A stretch of 64,000 bases of DNA from an uncultured Chloroflexia bacterium. GTDB taxonomy: Bacteria; Chloroflexota; Limnocylindria; Limnocylindrales; CSP1-4. The notes under the pieces were generated by a model. That model had not been told where the DNA came from and did no database searches. It worked only from the letters and a program-made list of their open reading frames with translations. This document shows, one piece after another, positions 38,516 through 47,704 of the stretch (positions within the stretch are counted from its first letter, which is position 1; every line of letters begins with the position of its first letter). The position numbers and the translations under genes are program-made. The stretch spans positions 160,001-224,000 of the forward strand of contig CAVVCZ010000005.1 of NCBI GenBank assembly GCA_963746845.1. The letters are read 5' to 3'.

Positions 38516-39286
38516 CTAGCCGCGTGCTTCCGAAGCCGATCCGACCGCGGGTTCACGGAAATCCGAGGTCGCGTCCCGTTTCTGCCCGCCGGCCATTGCG
38601 AGCAGGACGAGTCCATAGGCGATGCCGACGGCGAGGCCGGCTGCAGCCCCGAACAAGACTGCGGTCGATGGCTTCGGCGAGGTGGGTCCCGTCGGTGCAA
38701 TGGCGTCGCTCACGACCGACACCGATGTTGGCGCGTAGGACAGCTGGAGCGAAAGCAGGCTCGCTCGGGCACTCAGCAGCGTGGTGAGCTGGCTCTGGAG
38801 CGCGGGAAGTGCGGACTGCGGGGCGGCGGCGATCGCGGCCTCGGTTCGCGAGATTTCGTCGTGGACGGTCGACAGGTCGGCGGCGATTTCGGCCCCGGCA
38901 TCCTGCGAGTAACCGGTGACCGCGGGCGCAAGCTTGACCAGCTCTGCCGCGATGGCGTTCGCGATCTGGGCGGCTCGGTCGGGATCGGCATTCTGGACGA
39001 TGATCGTCAGCAGGGAGCTCGTCTTGCTTGCCTGCCCGACAACCTGCCCGGCGAGGCTGTCGACGCTGTCCGGGATGTGAAGGGTGCTCGCGACTCTCTC
39101 GAGAACAGTCCGACTCTGGGCGAGATCCGCGAAGGTGTCTCCTGCGGTCGCGGCCACGAGGACGGACCTGGCTTCGTACGTCTTCGGGAGGTTGCTCGCC
39201 ACGAGGTAGGCGGCAACGGCCCCAACGATGCCGCAGACCACCGCCAGGACAACGATCGTTCGATAGTGCTGGAAGGCAGCTCGCAT
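38516..39286 (-). CDS. wzz: Wzz/polysaccharide co-polymerase (chain-length regulator)
   Basis: TM1, PKTYEARS, DPDRAAQIANAIA, coiled coil, APTGPTSPKP, TM2. Confidence 0.85.
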   Translation of the reverse strand: MRAAFQHYRTIVVLAVVCGIVGAVAAYLVASNLPKTYEARSVLVAATAGDTFADLAQSRTVLERVASTLHIPDSVDSLAGQVVGQASKTSSLLTIIVQNADPDRAAQIANAIAAELVKLAPAVTGYSQDAGAEIAADLSTVHDEISRTEAAIAAAPQSALPALQSQLTTLLSARASLLSLQLSYAPTSVSVVSDAIAPTGPTSPKPSTAVLFGAAAGLAVGIAYGLVLLAMAGGQKRDATSDFREPAVGSASEARG

Positions 39287-39596
39287 CTTCTTGACTTGAA
39301 CCTCTCGAACTCGTGGACTCATCCGTTTCTCGGGCGTCCCACTATATCTCTCGAACGTCCGGCGGCCTTCCGGCGACTCCGACCATCCCATTCGGAGGGC
39401 CGGACGGCAACCTCGCCCTCGCTCGTGGTGCCGTCTTGCCAGGCTCGGCAGTATCCTCTCTCGGACGCGCCGTCGACCACCGAAGCGATGGGCGATGGTG
39501 CGTGCGCGCAAGGCTCATGCCGTCAGTGGCGGGATCTTCTGTACCCAGTGAGCATTCGAGTGCTTTGGACCAACCGCAAGAACCACCGGCCGATCG

Positions 39597-41133
39597 ATGA
39601 CGTCCGTTGACAGCGGCGACCGCCTGGCGGTCAGGCCGCTGTCCAGATGGAAGTCCGCGATTCTCATCGCGGTTGTCACGGCCCTCGCCATCGCCGCTGC
39701 GGCGATCGCCGGCGCCGTCGTCGCCGGAGCCCGGCTTGGCGACCGCCGACTGCTGGTCGTCCTGGCCGTCGGCACCGCGCTCGGTGTTCTGGCGCTTGCC
39801 CGACGTGACCGGCTCCTCGTGGCGCTCGGCGCGTTTGCCTACGTGGCGGCGCTGCACGCCGTGTACGTCCTGCAAATCGCGCCGAACTGGGGATACGCGG
39901 GTCTGGTCGATCCCGCGGCGGATCCACTCGCTGTCGTGATCGTCTCGCTCCTCGCCGTGGCGCCGGTACCGTTTCTCCCACTCACTGCCCGCCGCCCCTC
40001 AGAGGTCGTGATCTGGATCCTCTATCTCGTCGGCTTTGTCCCGACGATGATCATGCCCCTGTACGTCCTGTACGGAGACCTCGGCCGGGTGAGTCCCCTC
40101 CTCCTGCTCGTCGCAGTCGCCTTCGGGCTCCTCCTCGTGGTGCCTCGCCTGCCACTGCTCTCGATTGGGGTGGCGCGCATCTCGGTACAACGTTTCGACC
40201 GCGCGCTGGTTGCGGCGGCGTGTCTCTGCATCGCGTTCCTGATCGCGTTCTTCGGCGTACCCACGGGGATCCCGGACTTCACGAGCCGTCTACGACGCCC
40301 GCGCGGACTTCGCGGCCACCCAGATCAGCGTTCCGTTCGGCGGCTATGTCTCAGCGTGGGCGGGCAACGTGATCTTTCCGATGCTGATCGCACTCGGTGT
40401 CGCCCGGCCTCGATGGAGATACCTGGCACTCGGGATCGCCGGCGAGTTCCTGCTGTATGTCCTCCAGGGATCGAAGGCCTCGCTGTTCCTCATCCCGCTC
40501 GTCCCGCTCGTCGCCGTGGCGATCCGCCTGGGTCGTCGGCGGTTCGGTCCCCTGGTGATCTGGGGCGGCGTTGCGATGGTGCTCGTGGCGGCCGCGTTGA
40601 CGGCGCTGATGGACTCGCCGTGGCCGTTGGCCCTGAGCGTCGTCCGGTTGATCGCCCTGCCCGGCCAGTTGACCGCGGACTACTTCGACTACTTCAGCAC
40701 CCACGCCCCCTATCTGCTCTCCCACAGCATTCTCCGCGGGTTCGTTGATGCCCCGTATCCGGTGGATCCGCCGTTCCTGATCGGGGCGGCTTACCTGCAC
40801 CACGTGGTCGACGCGAATGCGAGCTTCTGGGCGGACTCGATTGCCAACTTCGGCCTGGCCGGGATCATTCCCTTCACGGCGATCCTCGGGGCCATCCTGT
40901 GGCTGCTCGATGTGGTCGCCGCGAAGAAGTCGTTGGTGATCGTCGGGCCGGCGATCGCGATCTTCGCCCTCACCCTGTCGAACGGCGCGCTGCTGACGGC
41001 GGTCCTCACGAATGGGATCGGTCTGGCGCTGCTGCTCGTCTACCTCCTCCCGCCGGGGCAATCCGAAACACCGGAGCCGGCCGGCGTGGTGGCGGCCCAC
41101 GGTGGGCCGCTGGAGGTGGGAGCCGGCGGCTGA
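39597..41133 (+). CDS. Wzy-like polysaccharide polymerase, frameshift near 40285
   Basis: Multi-TM ORF 39597 continues as SVYDARADF...GSKASLF...ANASFWADSIANFG...LTNG in the frame of ORF 40369. Confidence 0.7.
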
Positions 41134-41184
41134 TCACGTCACTGGACGTGGCGGCATGCCCAGCAGCGGCCGGTCAGCCTGCGG

Positions 41185-42214
41185 GCTCGGCTACCATGCG
41201 TCGATGACCGACCTGCCGTCGAAGCCGCGCGTGACGCTCGTGATCGCGATGCTCAACGAGGCCGCCGCCATCGGCCCATGCCTCGCCTCGATCGCCGCCC
41301 AGGACTATCCGCCGGAGTTGCTCGAGGTCCTCGTCTACGACGGCGGTTCGACGGACGGTTCGGTCGAGATCGCCGGGCGGATCGCTGCGGAGCACCCGGG
41401 CTGGGCCGTCCGGCCGAACCCGCGGAGGATCCCGGGGGCCGCGTGGAACGCCGGGATCCAGGCCGCCACGGGCGACGTCGTCGGGATCGTCAGCGGACAC
41501 GCCGAGCTCGGCTCGGGCTACGTCGCGAGCGCGGTCCGCGCCCTGCGTGAGACGGGCGCGGACATGGTCGGCGGACCCGTGCGGGCGATCGGCGAGACGC
41601 CGGTCGGCCGGGCGGTGGCGATCGCGGTGAGCACCCCGTTCGGAGCCGGCGGAGCGCGCCACCGCTACCAGCTGACCGAGCGCGCCGTCGTCGACACGGT
41701 CTTCATGGGGATCTGCCGACGGTCGACCTGGCTCCGCTTCCCGTTCGACGAGTCCCTGATCCGCAACGAGGACGACGAGCTCAGCTACCGGCTCCTCGAC
41801 ACGGGCGGCGTGATCGTCTGTGATCCGGCGATCGAGAGCCGCTACCGGAGCCGCTCGACCGTGCGATCGCTGTGGCACCAGTACTTCGACTACGGGAAGT
41901 GGAAGGTCCCCGTCCTGCGCGCCCATCCACGGCAGGTCCGCCTTCGCCACCTCGCCCCGCTCGGCCTCGTGGCGACGGTGGCCGCGACGGGGACGCTCGG
42001 TCTCGTCTGGCCCGCCGCCCGTCGCCTCGCCGCGCTGGAGGTGCTCGTCTACGGCGCCGCCACCGTGGCGGCCGCCGTCCTCTACCGGGATCCCGAGCAG
42101 CCCGACAGCCTGCCGCTCCTGCTGCTCGTCTACCCGACGCTCCATGTTTCGTACGGGCTCGGCATGGCGGCAGGCCTCGCGCGACCGCCCGGTCGATCCG
42201 GCGCCTGACCGGGT
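41185..42214 (+). repeat. About 1.03-kb direct repeat, copy 1
   Basis: Near-identical to 43703-44731, about 17 differences by eye. Confidence 0.95.
41204..42208 (+). CDS. GT2 glycosyltransferase (ExoA-like), copy 1
   Basis: DGGSTDGS, WNAGI, FDESLIRNEDDE, QYFDYG. Confidence 0.9.
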   Translation: MTDLPSKPRVTLVIAMLNEAAAIGPCLASIAAQDYPPELLEVLVYDGGSTDGSVEIAGRIAAEHPGWAVRPNPRRIPGAAWNAGIQAATGDVVGIVSGHAELGSGYVASAVRALRETGADMVGGPVRAIGETPVGRAVAIAVSTPFGAGGARHRYQLTERAVVDTVFMGICRRSTWLRFPFDESLIRNEDDELSYRLLDTGGVIVCDPAIESRYRSRSTVRSLWHQYFDYGKWKVPVLRAHPRQVRLRHLAPLGLVATVAATGTLGLVWPAARRLAALEVLVYGAATVAAAVLYRDPEQPDSLPLLLLVYPTLHVSYGLGMAAGLARPPGRSGA

Positions 42215-42316
42215 TGCCGGCGTCGCGGCGGTCTCGGTACGCGAGCAGCCGGGACGGCATGAAGCAATCGCCCTATAGCCGGTCCCGGACCCCTCGGGGG
42301 CCGAGGATCATTGGGC
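42206..42316 (-). pseudogene. Inverted 5' remnant of the 45968 deacetylase-like gene
   Basis: MILGPRGVRDRL*GDCFMPSRLLAYRD vs MIPGPRAVWDRLYGDFLMPSRLPAYRD. Confidence 0.8.
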
Positions 42317-42360
42317 GCGGTCTTCGCTCCCGGGGCTTCGCCGGCAGCTGCCGCACGGCG

Positions 42361-43650
42361 TCAAGGGGCGGCGCGGAGACCGGGTGTGTCCGCGGCGAGC
42401 TGGGCATAGAGGTCCAGCAGGCGGGCTGACTCCGTCTCCCAGTTCCAGCGCGTTTCGGCAGCTTCGTGGCACCGTTGTCGCATTGCGATCCGGTCGGCCG
42501 GCGGCAGAGACAGGATCGCTCGGATCGCCGCCGCGATGGAGGCGGGATCGGCCGGTTCACACACCCCTCCGAGCGGACCGGTCGGGTTGTCGAGAACGAT
42601 CCGACGCATGGCCGGGAAGTCGCTGACGACGACGGGAACACCCGCCGTCAGGCTCTCCCACAGCTTGTTCGGCGTGCCAAGCCAATGATTGAGAGTCGAC
42701 TTCTGAAGCGCGATCGCATCGATGTCGGCCCCCGTCACCCACTCCAGCAGGACGCTCGGCGCGACCGCCTCCAGGACGTGGATCCGGCCACCGAACCGCG
42801 GGTGGGATGACAATCGATCCACGACGTCGCGCTCGTTCCCGAAGCCGAGGAACGCGAGGTGCACGCGGTCGAGGTCTGGCTCGAGGATCGCCTCCGCAAG
42901 TTCCTCGAAGCCGCGGTGTCGCATGAAGATTCCGTGGTAGAGCACGAGCGGATCATCCGGGCCGATCCCGATCGCATCGCGCAGGCGCGTATCCGGCGGA
43001 CTTGGAATCTGCCACCTCGGCGGGCAGTTCCGGACGATGATCGTCCGCCGAGGCGCCAGTCGGCGGTTCAACACGTCCGCCTGGTCCTCGTTGACCGTCA
43101 CAAGCGCGACCGCCCGACGGCAAAGCGTCCGTTCGAGCCTCGACAGCAGGCGTCGGAACATTCCCGGCAGACGTGTCGCGGTGCCCGTTTCCATGTAGAT
43201 CTCGTGGCTGTCATACACGAGGCGCCAGGACACACGGACTGCGGGTCCGATCGCGAGCAGGCCGGTGAGATCGTGGGCGTGCCAGACATCCACGTCGCCT
43301 GCGTGCGCGACGGCCCATCGGCCCCAGGACCGGATGGTCCGGGCATATCCGATCAACCACCGCGCACGGGCCACGATGCGCCTCGGCAACGACGCGGCCG
43401 TACTGTTCAGAAAGGGGCTGCTCCCGTCCGGCAGGACGGCCGAGCGTGGGATCCCGGCGACGAAACGGAACGACGCATCCGGGGGAGCCACGCCGTCCAG
43501 GCAGTAGACGGTCACTTCATGGCCTGCCCGGGTAAGCGTCTCGGCTTCGCGGATCACGCGACTGTCGTTCGTCAGCGTCCCGTAGAGGGCCATCGCGACC
43601 CGAAGACCCCTCGGGCGCGATGGATCCGGGGCGATGGTCGATGGCTGCAT
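42361..43650 (-). CDS. GT4 glycosyltransferase
   Basis: DSRVIREA, HAHDL, YDSHE, PNKLWES, GVPVVVSD. Confidence 0.92.
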   Translation of the reverse strand: MQPSTIAPDPSRPRGLRVAMALYGTLTNDSRVIREAETLTRAGHEVTVYCLDGVAPPDASFRFVAGIPRSAVLPDGSSPFLNSTAASLPRRIVARARWLIGYARTIRSWGRWAVAHAGDVDVWHAHDLTGLLAIGPAVRVSWRLVYDSHEIYMETGTATRLPGMFRRLLSRLERTLCRRAVALVTVNEDQADVLNRRLAPRRTIIVRNCPPRWQIPSPPDTRLRDAIGIGPDDPLVLYHGIFMRHRGFEELAEAILEPDLDRVHLAFLGFGNERDVVDRLSSHPRFGGRIHVLEAVAPSVLLEWVTGADIDAIALQKSTLNHWLGTPNKLWESLTAGVPVVVSDFPAMRRIVLDNPTGPLGGVCEPADPASIAAAIRAILSLPPADRIAMRQRCHEAAETRWNWETESARLLDLYAQLAADTPGLRAAP

Positions 43651-43702
43651 CGGATGCAGCGTAGAGGAAGCAGGCGGCTCACGCGGGACGGACCGGCCTC
43701 GC

Positions 43703-44731
43703 GCTCGGATACCATGCGTCGATGATCGACCTGCCGTCGAAGCCGCGCGTGACGCTCGTGATCGCGATGCTCAACGAGGCCGCCGCCATCGGCCCATGCC
43801 TCGCCTCGATCGCCGCCCAGGACTATCCGCCGGAGTTGCTCGAGGTCCTCGTCTACGACGGCGGTTCGACGGACGGTTCGGTCGAGATCGCCGGGCGGAT
43901 CGCTGCGGAGCACCCGGGCTGGGCCGTCCGGCCGAACCCGCGGAGGATCCAGGCGGCCGCGTGGAACGCCGGGATCCAGGCCGCCATGGGCGACGTCGTC
44001 GGGATCGTCAGCGGACACGCCGAGCTCGGCTCGGGCTACGTCGCGAGCGCGGTCCGCGCCCTGCGTGAGACGGGCGCGGACATGGTCGGCGGACCCGTGC
44101 GGGCGATCGGCGAGACGCCGGTCGGCCGGGCGGTGGCGATCGCGGTGAGCACCCCGTTCGGAGCCGGCGGAGCGCGCCACCGCTACCAGCTGACCGAGCG
44201 CGCCGTCGTCGACACGGTCTTCATGGGGATCTGCCGACGGTCGACCTGGCTGCGCTTCCCGTTCGACGAGTCCCTGGTCCGCAACCAGGACGACGAGCTC
44301 AGCTACCGGCTCCTCGACACGGGCGGCGTGATCGTCTGTGATCCGGCGATCGAGAGCCGCTACCGGAGCCGCTCGACCGTGCGGTCGCTGTGGCACCAGT
44401 ACTTCGACTACGGGAAGTGGAAGGTCCACGTCCTGCGCGCCCATCCACGTCAGGTCCGCCTTCGCCACCTCGCCCCGCTCGGCCTCGTGGCGACGGTGGC
44501 CGCGACGGGGACGCTCGGTCTCGTCTGGCCCGCCGCCCGTCGCCTCGCCGCGCTGGAGGTGCTCGTCTACAGCGCCGCCACCGTCGCGGCCGCCGTCCTC
44601 TACCGGGATCCCGAGCAGCCCGACAGCCTGCCGCTCCTGCTGCTCGTCTACCCGACGCTCCATGTTGCGTACGGGATCGGCATGGCGGCAGGCCTCGTGC
44701 GACCGCCCGGCGATCCGGCACCTGACCGGGT
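43703..44731 (+). repeat. About 1.03-kb direct repeat, copy 2
   Basis: Near-identical to 41185-42214. Confidence 0.95.
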
Positions 44732-44735
44732 CTGA
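43722..44735 (+). CDS. GT2 glycosyltransferase (ExoA-like), copy 2
   Basis: As copy 1 but RRIQAAAWN and LVRNQDDE. Confidence 0.9.
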   Translation: MIDLPSKPRVTLVIAMLNEAAAIGPCLASIAAQDYPPELLEVLVYDGGSTDGSVEIAGRIAAEHPGWAVRPNPRRIQAAAWNAGIQAAMGDVVGIVSGHAELGSGYVASAVRALRETGADMVGGPVRAIGETPVGRAVAIAVSTPFGAGGARHRYQLTERAVVDTVFMGICRRSTWLRFPFDESLVRNQDDELSYRLLDTGGVIVCDPAIESRYRSRSTVRSLWHQYFDYGKWKVHVLRAHPRQVRLRHLAPLGLVATVAATGTLGLVWPAARRLAALEVLVYSAATVAAAVLYRDPEQPDSLPLLLLVYPTLHVAYGIGMAAGLVRPPGDPAPDRV

Positions 44736-44739
44736 TCTC

Positions 44740-45279
44740 GTGACGCTCGAGGACGTCGCGGGAGCGCTGCGCGCGTATCCCGGCTTCATCCCGGGTCTGA
44801 TCCTCTTGGGGGCCGGCGGGCTCGTCCTCAATCGCCCGATCAGGGCGCGACTCGGAGTGAGCTCAGCCATGGCCGCTGGCCTCGCGCTCAGCGTCGGGCT
44901 GATCCTCGCTGCGACGCTGATGCCCGGTGGCGACCCGCCGCATACCGGAGCGACGTGCGATCTGTCGCGGATGGGCCTCGCGCCTCTCGCGGCGATCCTG
45001 TCGATCGGCGCGGTCAGCCTGAACATCGCGCTGTTCGTGCCGCTTGGCGTCGTCGTCGGGCTCCAGGCGCGCTCGCGAACGAAGCTGCTCGTGCTGATCG
45101 CCGCGGTCGCCTTGCCGTTCCTGATCGAATCCGCGCAGCTCCTGGTGACTCCGCTGGAACGCAAATGCCAGAGCGCGGACGTCTTTGATAATCTCACCGG
45201 GCTTGCGCTCGGCGTCGCCGGAGGCGCGCTCGCCGGATGGCTCGCTCGCCGCACCAAGGAGCCGCCGGTTTTCCGATGA
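44740..45279 (+). CDS. VanZ-family membrane protein
   Basis: NIALFVPLG, IESAQ, DVFDNLTG. Confidence 0.85.
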   Translation: MTLEDVAGALRAYPGFIPGLILLGAGGLVLNRPIRARLGVSSAMAAGLALSVGLILAATLMPGGDPPHTGATCDLSRMGLAPLAAILSIGAVSLNIALFVPLGVVVGLQARSRTKLLVLIAAVALPFLIESAQLLVTPLERKCQSADVFDNLTGLALGVAGGALAGWLARRTKEPPVFR

Positions 45280-45971
45280 CCTCTGATCCGAACGCCGTCC
45301 CCGGCGGACCGACCGATGACACCGACTACGGCTACACGCCGGACGTCCTGCCGCGGATGGTCGCCACGGCCGCCCGCCAGCACGAGAAGGACGCGCTGTT
45401 CGTCGAGGAGCTTGCGCCCTGGTTCGTGAGCGGGCCGATCCTCGAGATCGGGGCCGGCTGCGGGCAGCTCTCCGAGCTGCTGGCAGCCAGCGGCCTGGAT
45501 GTCACTGCCTCGGACATCCAGCCGTTCCTCGTCGAGCACATCGCCGCGAAGGGGGTGCAAGCACGCGTCGTCGACGCCCTTCACCTTGCCGACTCGATCG
45601 ATCGACCCTACTCCAATGTCCTGAGCGGGGGGATATCCACGCTGATCACGCCGGACCTCGACGTCGTGCGGCAGACCTACGAGTCCGTCTACGCGGCGCT
45701 GCCACCGAATGGTCAATTCATCTTCGTCCTGCCCAGCCTGTGGGGAGAACGGTGGAGCAAGCCTGCCGACCACGTCCGGATCGCGCGCGAGAGCGGGTTC
45801 CGGCTCCGGGCGCGCTTCCGCCACCAGGTCCTTCCCTCCTCGGCCTACCGGCGCCTGCCGAAGTCACTCCTGCGCCTCGTCGAGCGGACGGTCGGCCGCG
45901 TCGCGGGGATTCGGACGGTCTTCGTCTTCGCCGTCCCACCCGACGCGGTTGATCCACGAGGGCCCCAATGA
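45276..45971 (+). CDS. Class I SAM-dependent methyltransferase
   Basis: ILEIGAGCG, VTASD, LPPNGQFIF; ATGA overlap. Confidence 0.88.
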   Translation: MTSDPNAVPGGPTDDTDYGYTPDVLPRMVATAARQHEKDALFVEELAPWFVSGPILEIGAGCGQLSELLAASGLDVTASDIQPFLVEHIAAKGVQARVVDALHLADSIDRPYSNVLSGGISTLITPDLDVVRQTYESVYAALPPNGQFIFVLPSLWGERWSKPADHVRIARESGFRLRARFRHQVLPSSAYRRLPKSLLRLVERTVGRVAGIRTVFVFAVPPDAVDPRGPQ

Positions 45972-46804
45972 TCCCCGGCCCCCGAGCCGTCTGGGACCGG
46001 CTGTACGGCGACTTCCTCATGCCGTCCCGGCTGCCCGCCTACCGGGATCTCCTCGTCCTCGCCCTCGACGCCGGCTACACGGTCGTCTCCGTCGAGCGCT
46101 TCTGGGCGCTCCTCGGGAGCGCCGCGGTCGATCCTGCCGCCCGTTACCTCGTCCTCCGCAACGACGTCGACACCGGGCCCGCCACGGCCGCCGCGATGTG
46201 GCGGATCGAGCGGGCGCTCGGGATCGCCGGCTCGTACTACTTCCGGCTCTCGACGCTCGATCTCGGGCTGATGGCCGAGATCGCCGCGGGAGGCGGCGAG
46301 GCGAGCTACCACTACGAGGAGCTGGCGACGGTCGCCAAGCGCCACCGGGCCCGGACGCGGGAGGCTGCCCTCGCCCTCGTGCCCGAGGCTCAGGACCGGT
46401 TCGCGGCCAACCTCGGGCGGCTCCGCGCCCGAACCGGTCTGCCGTTCGCGACGGTCGCCTCGCATGGCGACTTCGCCAACCGCCACCTCGGGCTGATGAA
46501 CTGGACGCTCCTCGTCGAGCCAGCCTTCCGGACCGCTCAAGGGATCGAGCTCGAGACCTACGACGATGCCTTCATGCGTCACGTCACGAGCCGCCACGCG
46601 GACATGACCTACCCGGCCTTCTGGACGACCGAGGCGCCCGATGCCGCCCTTCGCCGGGGTGAGCCCGTCGTCTACCTGCTCGTTCATCCACGAGCCTGGC
46701 GGGTCGAACGTGGATTCAACCTGCGGGACGACGTTCGCCGCGTCTACGAGGGGATCTCGTACCTGCGGCGACTGCCGGGCGCATGGCCGTCGACTGAGGG
46801 CTGA
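45968..46804 (+). CDS. Polysaccharide deacetylase-like protein
   Basis: LRNDVD, SYYFR, SYHYE, ASHG, LVHP. Confidence 0.65.
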   Translation: MIPGPRAVWDRLYGDFLMPSRLPAYRDLLVLALDAGYTVVSVERFWALLGSAAVDPAARYLVLRNDVDTGPATAAAMWRIERALGIAGSYYFRLSTLDLGLMAEIAAGGGEASYHYEELATVAKRHRARTREAALALVPEAQDRFAANLGRLRARTGLPFATVASHGDFANRHLGLMNWTLLVEPAFRTAQGIELETYDDAFMRHVTSRHADMTYPAFWTTEAPDAALRRGEPVVYLLVHPRAWRVERGFNLRDDVRRVYEGISYLRRLPGAWPSTEG

Positions 46805-46882
46805 CCGGCCCGGGCGGCGACGGCGAGTCCCCTTCCCCCGTGCCGCTGCCGCGTCGTCCGATATCCCGATCGCCGGTGGGGA

Positions 46883-47704
46883 TCAGTCCCCCGCGAGACG
46901 CTCGTCGTACCGGCGATCCCGCCAGGCCAGGGCGGCCTTCAGCCCGTCCCGCCGGACGATCGAGTCGAACTCCCGGGCGGTCTCGCTCATGTTCACGAAC
47001 GACTGGACATCGAGGCCCATCTCGACCGCGGCCGCGAACCCGGCGGCGTCCATCGCCCGGTTCAACATCAACTTCGTCGGGGCCATGACGTCGGGCGGGA
47101 CACGAGCGAGCCGGTCGGCCAGCGTGTCGACCTCTGAGGCGAGTCGATCCGCCGGCACGACCCGGTTCACGAGGCCGATCCGGCGCGCCTCCGTGGCATC
47201 GACCAGGTCGCCGGTCATCAGGAGCTCGCGCGTCGCCTTCTGGCCGATCAGGAACGGCATCAGGAGCGTGACCGGCGCCGATCCGAACCGGATCTCCGGC
47301 TCGCCGAGACGGGCCTCCTCGTCGGCGACGATCAGGTCGCACGCCATCGCGAGCTCCAGGCCGCCCGCGAGCGCATAGCCGTGGACCTGGGCGATCACGG
47401 GCTTCGGGCAGGACCAGACCGCGAGCGTCGCGTCGACGTCCCGCGCCAGGACGTCCCGCCAGCCCCATGCGGTCGACGGCGTCTCCTCGGACAGGTCGTA
47501 GCCAGAGCAGAACGCACGGCCGGCCCCGCTGATCGCGATGACACGGACCCGGTCGTCGTCCGCGGCGTCTGCGATGGCCGCGACGAGCGCATCGCGGAGC
47601 TCGGTCGAGATCGCGTTGAGCTTGTCCGGCCGGTTGAGGACGAGGCGAACGCCCCACGAGGTGGCTGTGCGGATGAGAACCGGTTCGGGCCCAGGCCCGG
47701 TCAC
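46883..47704 (-). CDS. Enoyl-CoA hydratase/isomerase
   Basis: LNRPDKLNA, FCSGYDL, AGGLEL, GEPEIRFG. Confidence 0.92.
   Translation of the reverse strand: MTGPGPEPVLIRTATSWGVRLVLNRPDKLNAISTELRDALVAAIADAADDDRVRVIAISGAGRAFCSGYDLSEETPSTAWGWRDVLARDVDATLAVWSCPKPVIAQVHGYALAGGLELAMACDLIVADEEARLGEPEIRFGSAPVTLLMPFLIGQKATRELLMTGDLVDATEARRIGLVNRVVPADRLASEVDTLADRLARVPPDVMAPTKLMLNRAMDAAGFAAAVEMGLDVQSFVNMSETAREFDSIVRRDGLKAALAWRDRRYDERLAGD

Noticed and set aside
36950-39610. Very long alternative ORFs (e.g. 36950..39610 +, 43572..45824 -, 19856..21952 +, 23272..25401 +)
   Set aside because: Antisense or off-frame shadows of real genes, expected at this GC content; no motifs
41185-44731. GT2 repeats as a DGR template/variable pair or composite transposon
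   Set aside because: Differences are not adenine-specific; no reverse transcriptase, transposase or terminal inverted repeats
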